From: Vicugna vicugna
Lineage: Eukaryota
Direction of reading: 5' to 3'
NCBI GenBank assembly: GCA_013265495.1
Contig: MU057584.1
Location: 660,608-724,607 of the forward strand
DNA: 64,000 nt
A program made the position numbers and the translations under genes. Positions 13,542 through 25,059 of this stretch are shown one piece after another. Within the stretch, counting starts at the first letter, position 1. Every line of letters starts with the position of its first letter. The notes under the pieces were generated by a model that saw nothing but the letters and a program-made list of their open reading frames with translations, did no database searches and was not told the DNA's origin.

Positions 13542-13685
13542 AACTCTGTGAACATAACTTTTATTTTATTATTTTTTAATTTACTGAAGTATATTCAGTT
13601 ACAATGTGTCAATATTTGGTGTACAGCATAATGTCACATAACTTTTATCCACACTGGGAAACCAAAAAGTACTTGTGACTCACTT

Positions 13686-14151
13686 TGTAATGAGAGCAGG
13701 ACTCTTTGGGGCCTTCCTGGGACAGACCCATCCCCCATACCCTCTGCTGCAGCTCCTCTCTGATAATAGTATCTCATGCATATTTCCTGAGTTTTTCAGA
13801 TGCTAAAAACCAACACCAAATGGAAGAAGTTTAACTACTTGATGATCAGGAGCACGTAGCCCCCAGACCTTCTGGCACCTAAGGACTGATAACGTTGACC
13901 ACTCTGTTACCTCAACATCAACCAATCAGAGAGCTGTGCACAAGCTGGTCACACACCCTGGGACATCCCTCCCTCACCTGGCCTTTAAAAAGGCTTTGCT
14001 GAACTGCTTCGGGGAGTTTGGGTTTTTTGCGGCATGAGCCACCCATTCTCCTTGCTCCGCCCTGCAACAATCTTTCTCTCTTCCAAAATCTGACCTTTCG
14101 GTTTGTTTGGCCTCACTGTGCATGAGACACACGAACTTGCATTCGGTGACA
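13686..14151 (+). mobile_element. Solo ERV1-class LTR inside the Tigger1 3' end
   Basis: TGTAATGAG...GGTGACA; 4-bp TSD actt/gctt; ccaat and tttaaaa boxes. Confidence 0.8.
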
Positions 14152-14330
14152 GCTTTATTGCAATATTAACTTTATTGCGCTAGTCTAGAACTGAACCCCA
14201 AATATCTCTGAGGTAGGCGTGTACTAGCTAGTTCTTGTATAGAGCTAGTCATAGCATCACACTGCTTATTCAAGTCCCAATAAGTGTTCACACAGAGCAG
14301 GAATGGAAGTTTTAGAACTACCAGGGGCAA

Positions 14331-14420
14331 GGGGGTGGGTATAGATCAGTGGCAGAGTGCATACCTAGCAGGCATGGGTTCAATCTCCAGGTCCTCCATT
14401 TAAAAAAGAAAGAAAGAAAC
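14331..14420 (+). mobile_element. Vic-1-type SINE (degenerate)
   Basis: gggtatagatcagtggcagag...gggttcaatctccag + A tail. Confidence 0.7.
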
Positions 14421-16526
14421 AAATGCCAGGAGGCATAGGGCAACCAGACTATCTCAAAATGGGTGACACTTCTAGCTAATTTCTTGACAGATTTTATCTG
14501 AAGTCCTTTTTAGTGTTAAGATTTTTATGTTCCACTTGGCCTGATGATGATTGAGGGTTTTACAAGGTATGACCTTTTAAGGTGTGTCCCAGAGTTTTTG
14601 CAAAGCAGTCTGTTTCCGCTGTAAATTTTATTTATTTATTTCCACAGTTCCTTGGCCCACTCAATCTGTAGAGGAATGCCAAACTGAGGGATAATCTCGG
14701 TTATTCATTTCCTTACCACCGTCATAGCTTCGGCACACCTAATTGGATATCATCCAGTTCCTCTAGTAAACATGCAGATTATTAGCAAATGCCAGGAATA
14801 GCCTGAAGCCTGAGGTCGATCTACGGGATCGGTGTGGGATGCGGGGACAGGCACTGTGGGCCTCGGAATATTTCCTGAGATATGCTGTTCTCCAGAGATC
14901 TGGTGAGATTCCCAAAAGTGCGTCGGGAAATCATTTGGTCAGAAATTTTGTGGATACGAGGTTGGGCCAGGTTGGGATGGGGCAGAATCTTGTCCTTTAG
15001 TTGCTTCGCTGGCCCCCATCCACACACAGGTCCCACCTAATGGGAGGTAAGGCCAGCCAAAAGGTCGGAGGAAGGGGGCTGATGAATTATAGCTCAATTT
15101 AAAAAAATGAAAGGGGGGCCACAGGAAGTCCATTTGGCCCAACGTATACTCCATTGATGGTTTGGCTCCCTCTTTTTTTTCAAATTGAGGTACAATTGAC
15201 CTACTGCTTTACATTAGTTTCAGCTGCACAACATAATGATTCGCTATTTGTGTTACTGTGAAATGATCAAAGTAAGTCTAGTGAACATGCATCACCACGC
15301 ATAGTTACAAAACAGTTTTTTCCCCTGTGAGGACTTGTGAGATCTACTCTCTTGGCCATTTTCAAGTGTGCACTGTAGTCTTACGAACTGTGGCTACCGT
15401 GCTGTATGTTACATCCTCAGGACTTCCTGTTTGGCCCCCTTTTGTATCCATTTGTCTTTTTCAGATTGTGGAGCATTTGCCTGGCTAGCTGATAGGATCA
15501 GTCGGAGATAAAGGCAGGTTTATATAGTGGGTGTGATGTGGGTGAACAGTCAGGGCAAGTCAGGCAGGGGGATGAGGAATTCAAAACAAGGGATTCAAAA
15601 GACCTTGAAGAAGACAGATAAACCAGATGTGCTGGGGCCCTGGTTTACAGCCCCCTTCTCTTTTCCTTCCCTTGTACAAACAAGGGATATGAGTGAGCAT
15701 GTGTGCTTGCGAGCTGGAAAAACTCCACAGTAGGGGAGGGGCATTAAAAAAAAGCCCTTAAAACCACCTGCAGATGCAGCTTCTTCTCTGTCCACAGAGG
15801 TCTTGTCCCTCTCTGCTGTTTCTTTAACTAATAAAAACTTGCCGTGTGCTGTGATTTCAGAATTTCCTGTGAATTCTTTCACCGAGGACTGTGGGTCATT
15901 GATCCTTTACCCAAAACAGGCAGAGAAGGCATGGGTTGGGGCGGTCCCTTTCTGGCTGTGTGTTTAGCAGCCTTGTGGGCTCTGTCCTTCCCTGGAGATG
16001 GAGAGTCAATCTCCTGGGTGTAGGCTTCACAGTGAACACTAGTGATTTTAACAGGAAGGTAAATTAGCCCACAGTAAGGCAGCATATCCCTTCGGCCATG
16101 GGGTACCAGCGGAGATTAAGAATCTTCGGAATTTTCCGTGTGTGCCAGCAGCATGGCAGATGGCAAGAGCACATCTGGAGGCGGTGTGCATCCTGCCAGT
16201 TCTCCCCTTTGACGGTGTGCAAGCTCTTGGGAGAGCTATGAGTTCTGGCTTGGTTGCTTGGCTGATTTTATAGCAGGCAAAGCATGGGCCTCCAGCGCTT
16301 CCTGTGGGGAAGCTAAGGCATGACCCGTGTATCAGGTCTCCCCAGGAATTTCATCTACAAGAACCATGGAAAAACAGAAGTAAGTCTGGATTGTCAGAGG
16401 GGATATCTAAGCCCACTGAGACCCTTTCTCTAGTTTTGAGGCCATTTCTCGTGGCTTTGAGACCATTTCTGTAGTTGCATTTTTGTAGTTGTGTGGATGG
16501 AGTGGGGCTTTCCATCACCAGGGAGG

Positions 16527-17049
16527 TGATACAGGAAAATGGGGCACAAGAGGATGGCCATGTCCCAAGCCTTGAGCGAGTCCCTGGGACCCACCTGACA
16601 AATGAGGGTCCTTGGCTTTCGTGCAGAAAAGAATTCAAGAGCGAGCCATAGTAGAGTGAAGGTAGATTTATTCAGAGAGCTACATCCTCCATAGACAAGA
16701 GTGCAGGCGTCTCAGAAGACAAGAGAGCCACAGAGCAACCTCAGGGTCTGGGGTTGTTAGTTTTTATGGGCTTGGTAACTTTGTATGCTAACAAGTGGGA
16801 GGATTATTCCAACTACCTTGGAGAAGGGGCTGGGATTCCCAGGAACTGGGCCATCACCCACTTTTTGACCTTTTAGGGTCATTCTTAAAACAGTCATGGC
16901 ACCTCTGGGAGTACCATTTAGCTAATGTATTACAATGAGCAGATAATGAAGCTCAGGTTCTACTGGGAGTTGACTCTTCTGCCGTCTTGGCGCTAACTGC
17001 TGTGTCATTCTTTTAATGGTTGTGCCCCGCCCTCTTCCTTCCTGTCTCA
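16527..17049 (-). mobile_element. Solo ERV1-class LTR inside proviral pol
   Basis: TGATACA...GTCTCA with 4-bp TSD gagg (16523-16526 / 17050-17053). Confidence 0.8.
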
Positions 17050-18281
17050 GAGGGATAGCAGAGAAGACAGATGCAAAGCGTTAACCGCAATGGAAGATGA
17101 TGGCGGGGTTGGTACCCAAGGTCTGTTGGTAGGTCTGCCACTCTGCAGAGAGGCTCCAAGTCACAAGACTGTAAGGGAGCAGAGACAGCAGCAGGGGGCG
17201 GAACAGAGGTGCTGGGAGCCCAGTGTGAGGGGCCTGGCTCCTGCTGGCAGGCCTGGGGACGTGCGTGATGCCATAGGGGTCCAAGTAACCTGAGAAATAT
17301 GCTACAGGATGTATTTGTGAGGCAAAAATTTGTGCTAAAATACCTGAAGCTATTCCACCATCTTCATGGCAGTAGAGGTGAAAAATTTTGTCAAAATTAG
17401 GTCAGTTGAGAGCTTGGGGTGTGAACAATGCTCATGTGATGTTTGAGAGGAGGTCCATGCCTCTGAGGGCTGGGAGATGGGCTCCAGAGTAGCATCTGGA
17501 ACGAGGGCAAATGAAGGTTGAACAAAGGCAGCAAAAATAGGAATCCATGGGTGGCAGAAGCCAGCTGCCCCAGGATTTGCATAGCTGTTTATTTTGGTTT
17601 GAGGGGAAGGCCTGGACAGAGGTAATTTAAGGCTTTGGGGGCTAAGTTTTTGAGTCCCCTGTGATATCACAGGTCCTGAGTAGTGGCAGTGGTTCGCATT
17701 CACTGAAGCTTAGATCTGAAAGCTTTCTGGTCTTGTGTTACTAGCACCCTCCGGAGAACATCATCCGCTCGTCTGGTTACAGAATGAGAGACCAGCCACG
17801 TATTGACCAAGGGTGGGGCCTGAAGTAAAGTCCCCAGAACCAAAGTCAGCTCTAAAGACTTGGGATAATATGGAGGGAGATGCCACATGCGTGAGGTACG
17901 TGAGTCCGTGTTCTTTCTCTTCTTCTGAACTTAATTGCAGAGAGAAACTGTGAGTCAAGGGTCAATAGGAAGGAAAGGAACTTTGAGCGGAGGTCAATCC
18001 CTGTAAACCAGGTTGCGTCAGCGGGCATTGATGGGCCGGTAGCGGCTGGATGAGGGACCCTGGGGTGGTGACAGATTGCAAGAGTTTACAGTTCTTCTGT
18101 CTTGTACACATGGACAGATTTGATTCGCTTCTGAATCAAACTTCCCTTCTGTTTTTTACAGGCGACACTGGAATGTTGCAGGGTAAGAAAGTAAAGATAA
18201 GGGCACCCTGCTGGAAAAGAGAGCTTGTAATATTTCTTTTAATTTTATGTACTCTATTTTTTCTTTTTAAGTTTTGTTTTG

Positions 18282-18388
18282 TGGGGAGGTAATTAGGTTT
18301 ATTTATTTATTTTTAGAGGAGATACTGGGAATTGCCAGGACCTCATGCATGCTAAGCATATGCCTTACCCCTGAGCTATACCTTCCCA
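18282..18388 (-). mobile_element. Vic-1-type SINE
   Basis: gggaggtaattaggtttatt...gagctatacc. Confidence 0.8.
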
Positions 18389-18509
18389 CTGGGACATCTT
18401 TTAAAGTTGCATCCTCTTCAGAGGAATTTAAATCACGATAGGTCTCTACGAGGGAAAATAGGAAGTTAAGAGGTTCACTCTGCCGGGAGGGACATAAAAA
18501 ACGCCCTTT

Positions 18510-19205
18510 TCAACACAAATTTTATTTATAAACCAGAAATAGACTCACAGACAAAGAAAACAAACCAGGGTTACCACAGGGGAAGTGGGGAGGGATAAGT
18601 TAGGAGTTGGGGACTAACAGATACACACTACTATATATAAAATAGCTAAACAGCAAGGACCTACTGCATAGCACAGGGAAGTACATTCAATTTCTTATAA
18701 TAAGCTATAATGGAAAATAATCTGAAAAAATATATACACATACGTATATGTGTAACTGAATGGCTTTGCTGTACACCTGAAATAACATTGTAAATCAAGT
18801 ACACTTCAATTAAAAATAAAACTTTTGGTAAGCTGACTATAACTCAATAAAATAAAATTTTTAAAAATTTTAAAAAATAAAAATAAAAATTTTAAAAGAG
18901 GTACAAACTACAATGTATAAAATAAGTAAGATGGGGGAGTAGAGTGCACAAGGTCCTGGGTTCAATCTCCAGTGCCTCCTTTAAAAATAAGTAAACAAGT
19001 AAACCTAATTACCCCCCGCCAAGAAACACAAATAAATAAATTAATGAAATACAAAGGTATATTGTACAGCACAGAGTATAACCAATATTGTATAATAACT
19101 TTAAATGGAGTATGAGCTACAAAAATACTGAATCACTATGTGGTACATCTGAAACTAATACAATACTATAAATCAACTATACTTTAGTAAAAACAAAATA
19201 AAGCC
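18510..19205 (+). mobile_element. L1 3'UTR fragments with an embedded partial SINE (~18932-19030)
   Basis: aaaccagaaatagactcacagac...tatagcacagggaa L1 3'UTR motifs. Confidence 0.75.
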
Positions 19206-20239
19206 TGAAACTTTTTTTAAAGTGCCCTTTGCATTGCACTGTATTGTGACAATAGAATTTCATAGCAAATCTCTACCTAAAAGACTTGCTAGTGAGGAAG
19301 CAGAAACTGGAAAGGCGTGGTGGAGGTAAAGAAGGTCTGAGACTAGCAGGGTGGTTTGAGACAGAGGCAGTGAGACAGGTTACCCAGAGACTTGACAGCT
19401 GGAGTGGAATTGGCAGTGATGGGTGGAGATAAATCCTCCGAGCCAATGGTAGAAAAAGTTGCACCAGTGTCCATTAAGAAATCCAATTCCCCACCCTCTC
19501 TCTTAACTTAAATGGTGGGTGGTGGGGTGTGGCTGAGGATAGACTGACTTGTCCTCCATGGGGAATTGCCCCGCAGAAGCGGAAGAACGGACCCTCTGAG
19601 GGTGCAGGGTTCTAGAATGATTGCTTTTTAAGCTTTCCTTTATTTTTAGGGCAGGACAACTGTTTTCCCAACGTCCTGGCTTTTTATAGAATGTGCAGTT
19701 GGCTTGGGACAAACTGGGGAGGCTCTGCGGTTGGTGACAGAAAGGGGCGGACTTTGAGTTACTCCTGGAGTCAACTCTGTTTTCATAAGTACCTTGTAAG
19801 CAAGGACTGTTTTGTTTGTTTGTTCTGCAATGGTAAAAAGCTTTAATCATGGACTGAATGTGTTTTTATAGGCAACCAATTAGCAGATTAAAGAGCCATT
19901 TAAATTTCTTTACTTCAATATTCGAGAAAGATGAACTTCAAATGCATCCTCTTATACTGATCAGCGAAACTAAGTAAAATGAGGTCAGAGTTGATTTTCA
20001 TTCCTTTTTCCTCCTGCTTTCCTGCGAGCTATTTTAAAAGAATTGAGAAGCAGTTTCTGTGATAACGTGGAGAGATTGTCCATCCCCGCCAACTGCACTA
20101 TTTTGGATTTGCTTGTTTATATTAGGGCGAAGATTTCCAACCAAAGCACTGAAAAGATTTCTGTGTTCTGGAGCTTCTGGGTTTGATGCAGTGTGTCTTA
20201 GAAAAGTCTGTGTAACACCTTCCACAGAGATATATCCAT

Positions 20240-20812
20240 GTAAGTATAGTCGGTTTACAATGTTGTGTTAGTTTCTGGTGTACAGCATAGTGATTCAGTC
20301 ATACATACATACATTTATATATAGATTCTTTTTTGTTATATCTTATTATAAACTATTGAATATAGGTCCCTGTGTTATACAGTAGGACCTTGTTGTTTAT
20401 CTATTTTGTATATAGTAGTTTGTATCTGCTAATCCCAAACTCCTAATTTATCCCTCCCCATCCCTTCCCCTTTGGTAACCATAGTCTGTTTTCTATGTCT
20501 GTGAGTCTCTTTCTGTTTTGTAAATAATTTCATTTTGTGTCATTTTTTTAGATTCCACCTCTAAGTGATATCACATATTTGTCTTTCTCTCTCTGACTTA
20601 CTTCACTTAGTATGATAATCTCTAGGTCCATCCACGTTGCTGCAAATGGCGTTACTTCATTCTTTTTTATGGCTGAGTAGTATTCCATTATATATATACC
20701 ATATATATATATACCACAACTTCTTTATTCAATCATCTGTTGATGGACATTTAGGTTCCTTCCATGTCTTGGCTGTTGTAAGTAGTGCTGCTGTGAACAC
20801 TGGGCTGCATGC
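20240..20812 (-). mobile_element. L1 3' fragment
   Basis: Antisense L1 3'UTR/ORF2 end. Confidence 0.8.
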
Positions 20813-21665
20813 TCGTCTTCCTTCTGAGCCCACAGTTCAACCTTGGACCAGTTCACCTTTGAAGGAAGGACCTTTAGCGTCACTCCTATCAGGGCTTGAA
20901 TGTGAGCCTCCATCTGGGTCATTTCCTGGTCATTTGCAGGAGGGCCTGGGAATGGATCTGGCCACCAGTTTCCCCAGTGTGGGGAATTTTCCCCAGGAGC
21001 TCTTGGCATATAACTACAGTATAATCACAGGTGGGAAGAACACCCCTTAAAAGCTGGCCAGGATCCCTATGAGAGGGGTTCTAAGTGGCCACTAATCTTT
21101 CTAACTCCTCTCAAAATTTGGTAGGATCTTCTGAAAGTGGGAATAAAGGGGCTTTGTAGTTGGCAAGTCCAGACATGGACTCTTCCTGGTTGTGGTCCAG
21201 GATACATTCGCCAAGCACTTTGCCTGGGAAAATCTGAAGCGGATGGGTTTTGATTACAGAGCCCTGGGCAGTAGTGGGGGTTGTCAGGGATGTCAAGCCA
21301 GTCCCCCTCTACCAGATTTTCTTCCTCAACTCTCAGCATTTACATAAGTAATCTGTGTCCTGTCCCTGGGGTCTGGAGATCAGGCCAGAGTGCTTTCTGG
21401 AATTCTTGCAGGGAAAGGGATGGCAGCCAGGTGTTTGAAGGATTTTTCTGGAGGAGTTGAAGGAGTTTTAGGAATTAAAGGAATTTGCAGAAGAGGTGAG
21501 GTTAGGTTTGGGGGAGGGGGATTTGGGGCATGGACCCAGAGATCCAAAAGATCTTTTGAAGGGTTAAGGACAGGAGGGTGAAGGTAAAGGGCAGATAGAG
21601 AGGTGGAGAAGGAATTAATGGTGGCTATGGATTTTATTTTATTTGTTTATTTTTTTGTTTTTTGA

Positions 21666-21779
21666 GGGGGAGGTAATTAGGTTTGTTTGTTTGTTTGTTT
21701 TAATGGAGGTACTGGGGATTGAAACAGGACCTTGGGCATGCTAAGGCATGCACTCTACCACAGAGCGGTACCCTCCCCT
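21666..21779 (-). mobile_element. Vic-1-type SINE
   Basis: Typical head and tail. Confidence 0.8.
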
Positions 21780-22044
21780 CTTTCATTTCTGTTCTAAGTA
21801 AGTCTGATTTCTGGTTTTTTTAATCTTGTTAAAGGAGTCCCTAAGTCTAGCCAGAATGCTCTTTTGCATCCTTCTATCAGTTTGATCTTGGTACCGATAG
21901 ACCATTTATTTTCGATGAGAGCTCTCTAAAATCTTTTTTTTAAATGTAAAAGTTTTTACAAATCAAAGGATCCCTCATCTGGCCATTGATTATACTTCAA
22001 AGGTATATCTGTTCTTTTATTTATTTGTTTAGGGTGTTTTTTTT

Positions 22045-22177
22045 GGGGGGGTAATTAGGTTTATTTATTTATTTGGATTTTTTGTTGTTGTTGCTGCTAA
22101 TGGAGATACTGGGGATTGAACCCAGGACCTCAAGCATGCTAAGCATGGGCTCTCCCGCTGAGTTACACCCTCCCCTC
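22045..22177 (-). mobile_element. Vic-1-type SINE
   Basis: Typical head and tail. Confidence 0.8.
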
Positions 22178-22794
22178 GAAGGTGTGTCCATTCCATTACT
22201 AATCGCTCAAGGAAGCAAGGATGCTTGTTGTCACAGGGGGTAAAAATGTTGATTATGAAAACTCATGTCTCCGGTCTCCCATACAAATGAGACACCTTGA
22301 GTCACAGATCTAGTCATGTGTGAATACAGGCAGGCGACACTGGGATGGGATTGTCCCAGCACTGACAAGGCAACACGGTTAGAGACAAGAGAGCCTCTGG
22401 TGGCCTAGGACTCCTCGTTAAGAGGGACCTCCCTGAGAGCTGGCACCATCAGAGAAAGAAAGTGCTGCTTGCCACTTTGCATCTGGGGTTCCTACCCTGT
22501 TGGGCAGCCACTGGAGGCAAGCCGGGCAGCCTGCACCCCCCAGCTGCTGGAAACCAGAGCCAGTGTTCTCACTGCTTACAAAGCCAAGCTCTCAGGACAC
22601 AAAAGGAGATGAAAGAGGAATTTTTCATCTTTTTTTTTAATGGGTGACACACAGCAAAGTTTATCTAGCTCGATGCCAGTCTGATGAGAACTGTAAACTT
22701 ACCAGGCTGTGAGGCCAATTCCAATGACAGGCTTGTCGACCCTTTGCCTTTGTTCTACCTTATGATTCTCCTAATGATGATCAACACGAGAGAC

Positions 22795-23530
22795 AGCCGT
22801 CATCAATAAGTCTACAGATGATAAATGCTGGAGTGGGTGTGGAGAACGGGGAACCCTCCCACACTGTTGGTGGGAATGTAATTTGGTGCAGCCACTATGG
22901 AGAATAGTCTGGAGGTTCCTTAAAAAACTAAAAGTAGAGTTACCATGTGATCCAGCAATCCCACTCCTGGGCACATCTCCAGAGACAATTCTAATCTGAA
23001 AAGACACATGCACCCCAGTGTTCATAACAGCGCTATTTACAATAGCCAAGACATGGAAGCAACCTAAATGTCCATTGACAGATGCCTGGATAAAGAAGAC
23101 ATGTGAGATATATATATATAATGGAATACTACTCAGCCATAAAAAAGAATGAAGTAACTCCATTTGCACCAACATGGATGGACCTATAGATTATCATATT
23201 AAGTGAAGTCAGACAGAGAAAGGTAAATATATGTTATCATTTATATGTGGAATCTAAAAAAAACACAAATGGACTTATTACAGAACAGAAATAGACTCAC
23301 AGACCTAGAAAACAAACTTATGGTTACCAAAGGGGAAAGGGGGGAGGGAGGATAAATTAAGAGTTTAGGATTAACAGATACACACTATTATATATAAAAT
23401 AGATAACCAACAAGGAACTATTGTATGCACAGGGAACTATATTCAATATCTTATAATGACCTAAATGGAAAATAATCTGAACAAGACTATAAATAACATA
23501 TATATATATATATATGTTATATATATATAA
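22795..23530 (+). mobile_element. L1 3' fragment
   Basis: ORF2 C-terminal region and 3'UTR. Confidence 0.82.
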
Positions 23531-25059
23531 ACCACAAAAGACAGAGGCAATAGAACACAATGACCATCTCTGGAAGGGAAAGGATGAATTAAAACCCAGA
23601 GTACTCAAGACAAAATCACATGAGTTGTTCTACCCAAAGAACTAATTCATACAGATGTTTTCTCCAGCTAATGTAAGTTTAGAAAGGGGAAATATGGTAG
23701 AGACTTGTACTCCTGGGTTTGATCAGACCTCATGCTGAGACCCAGGAGACTGAAAAGAAGTCTTACCTTTTGCTGCCTTCGTCAGGTCCCAGGATCTCTC
23801 GGCTGCAGCCTCCGGAGTGGGCAGAATGTTCCAGCCAATGATATCTCATTCCCATTGCCAGAAACGACAGGAGAGTGAAGACTTTCCTTTTACACTCCTA
23901 GGTCCAGTGACTGGGTCTGCAAACTAAATTGACTGCAGGCAGATTAATGGGAGAAAAAGCATACAAATGTATTAATTTTTTATTTCATGTGCACGGAGGC
24001 ATCAGAAAAAAAAAAGAGTATCCAAAAAAGCAGTGAGATTTGAGAGCTTTATATGCCTTCATAATGGGGAAGGGAAAGGGGTAGAGAGGCCACTTACGGG
24101 AGAGCAAATGATGCTTATGAAAGGTAAACTGGCCCTTAGGAGAACAGATAGGCAATTTGATCGTTTGTGACAGTATCTGTCTGGGTAACATGTTCACTTA
24201 CAGTCTAGTCTCCTCTCTTGGGATGAGTCAGTTTTCCCTGGTTGACAAAACTCCTAGGGAGGTGATATATGACAAGTGAGGTTTTTGTTTTTATTTTTGT
24301 TTTTTGCGGATCTGTTGTTTTTAGGCAGATAAGGGGAATTGAGAGAAAGCGTCTCCTGTATTTGTCGGTTCTCAACTTCAGCTCAAAATAATCGTCATGC
24401 CAGCACCCACTCTATTCCTTTTATCCCCTAAGCCAGAGGAATCACCATCTTCCCAGATAAACAAAAGTTAAAGGAGTTTATTATCACCAGACCTGCCCCA
24501 CAAGAAATGCTAAAAGTCATTAAGGATGAAATAAAATTAAGTTAAACAGGAACTCAAAGTCATATGAAGATATAAAGGCCTCCAATAAAGATAATATAGG
24601 CAAATGTAAAGGCCAGTATGATTTAAATCTTGCTTTGTAATTCCATTTTTTATTTTCTACAGGATTTGAAAGACAAATGTGTATATTATTTATAGATTAT
24701 AAATTATTTATGTAATACATTACATTAATAGATTAATGTGTTAATGTAATACAGTAACAGAATGAAGAAAAAACACATTATAATGTCAAATGATGCGGAA
24801 AAACTAGACAAAATTCAACACTCTTTCACGATAAAAACATTCAACAATCTGGGAATAGAAGGAAACGACCTTAAGGTAGTTAAAGCTGTATATGAAAAGC
24901 CTGCAGCTGACATCATCCTCGATGGTGAAAGACCAAAATCTTTTCCTCTAAGATCAGGAACAAGACAAAGATGCCAGTTTTACCACTTCTGTGTAGCGTA
25001 GCACTAGGAGTCCTGGCCAGAGCGATTAGGCAAGGAAAAGAAGTTAAAGGCATCCAGAC

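Larger units (their letters stand above)
11459..14221 (+). mobile_element. Tigger1 (TcMar/pogo) DNA transposon, long copy with internal deletions
   Basis: Termini caggcagacct...gaggtaggcgtg followed by TA; Tigger1-like subterminal gctttattgc repeats; transposase C-terminal relic in ORF 12740-13000. Confidence 0.88.
6911..24430 (-). mobile_element. Degraded gamma-like (ERV1) provirus with paired LTRs and many nested insertions
   Basis: Homologous LTRs ~7420-7940 and ~23900-24430. Minus-strand relics in gag-pol order: KVNWSKVE..QKEDE (capsid, ~20.8 kb), CTFYKKPGRWENSCP (degenerate zinc knuckle, ~19.7 kb), GAAGFCHPWIPIFA (RT, ~17.55 kb), EIIPQFGIPLQIE (integrase, ~14.68 kb), HPFQPG (integrase C-terminus, ~11.4 kb). 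Confidence 0.8.

Noticed and set aside
15468..15918. Additional plus-strand solo LTR (aataaa at ~15829)
   Set aside because: It looks LTR-like, but I could not identify termini with a matching TSD, so it is not listed as a feature.
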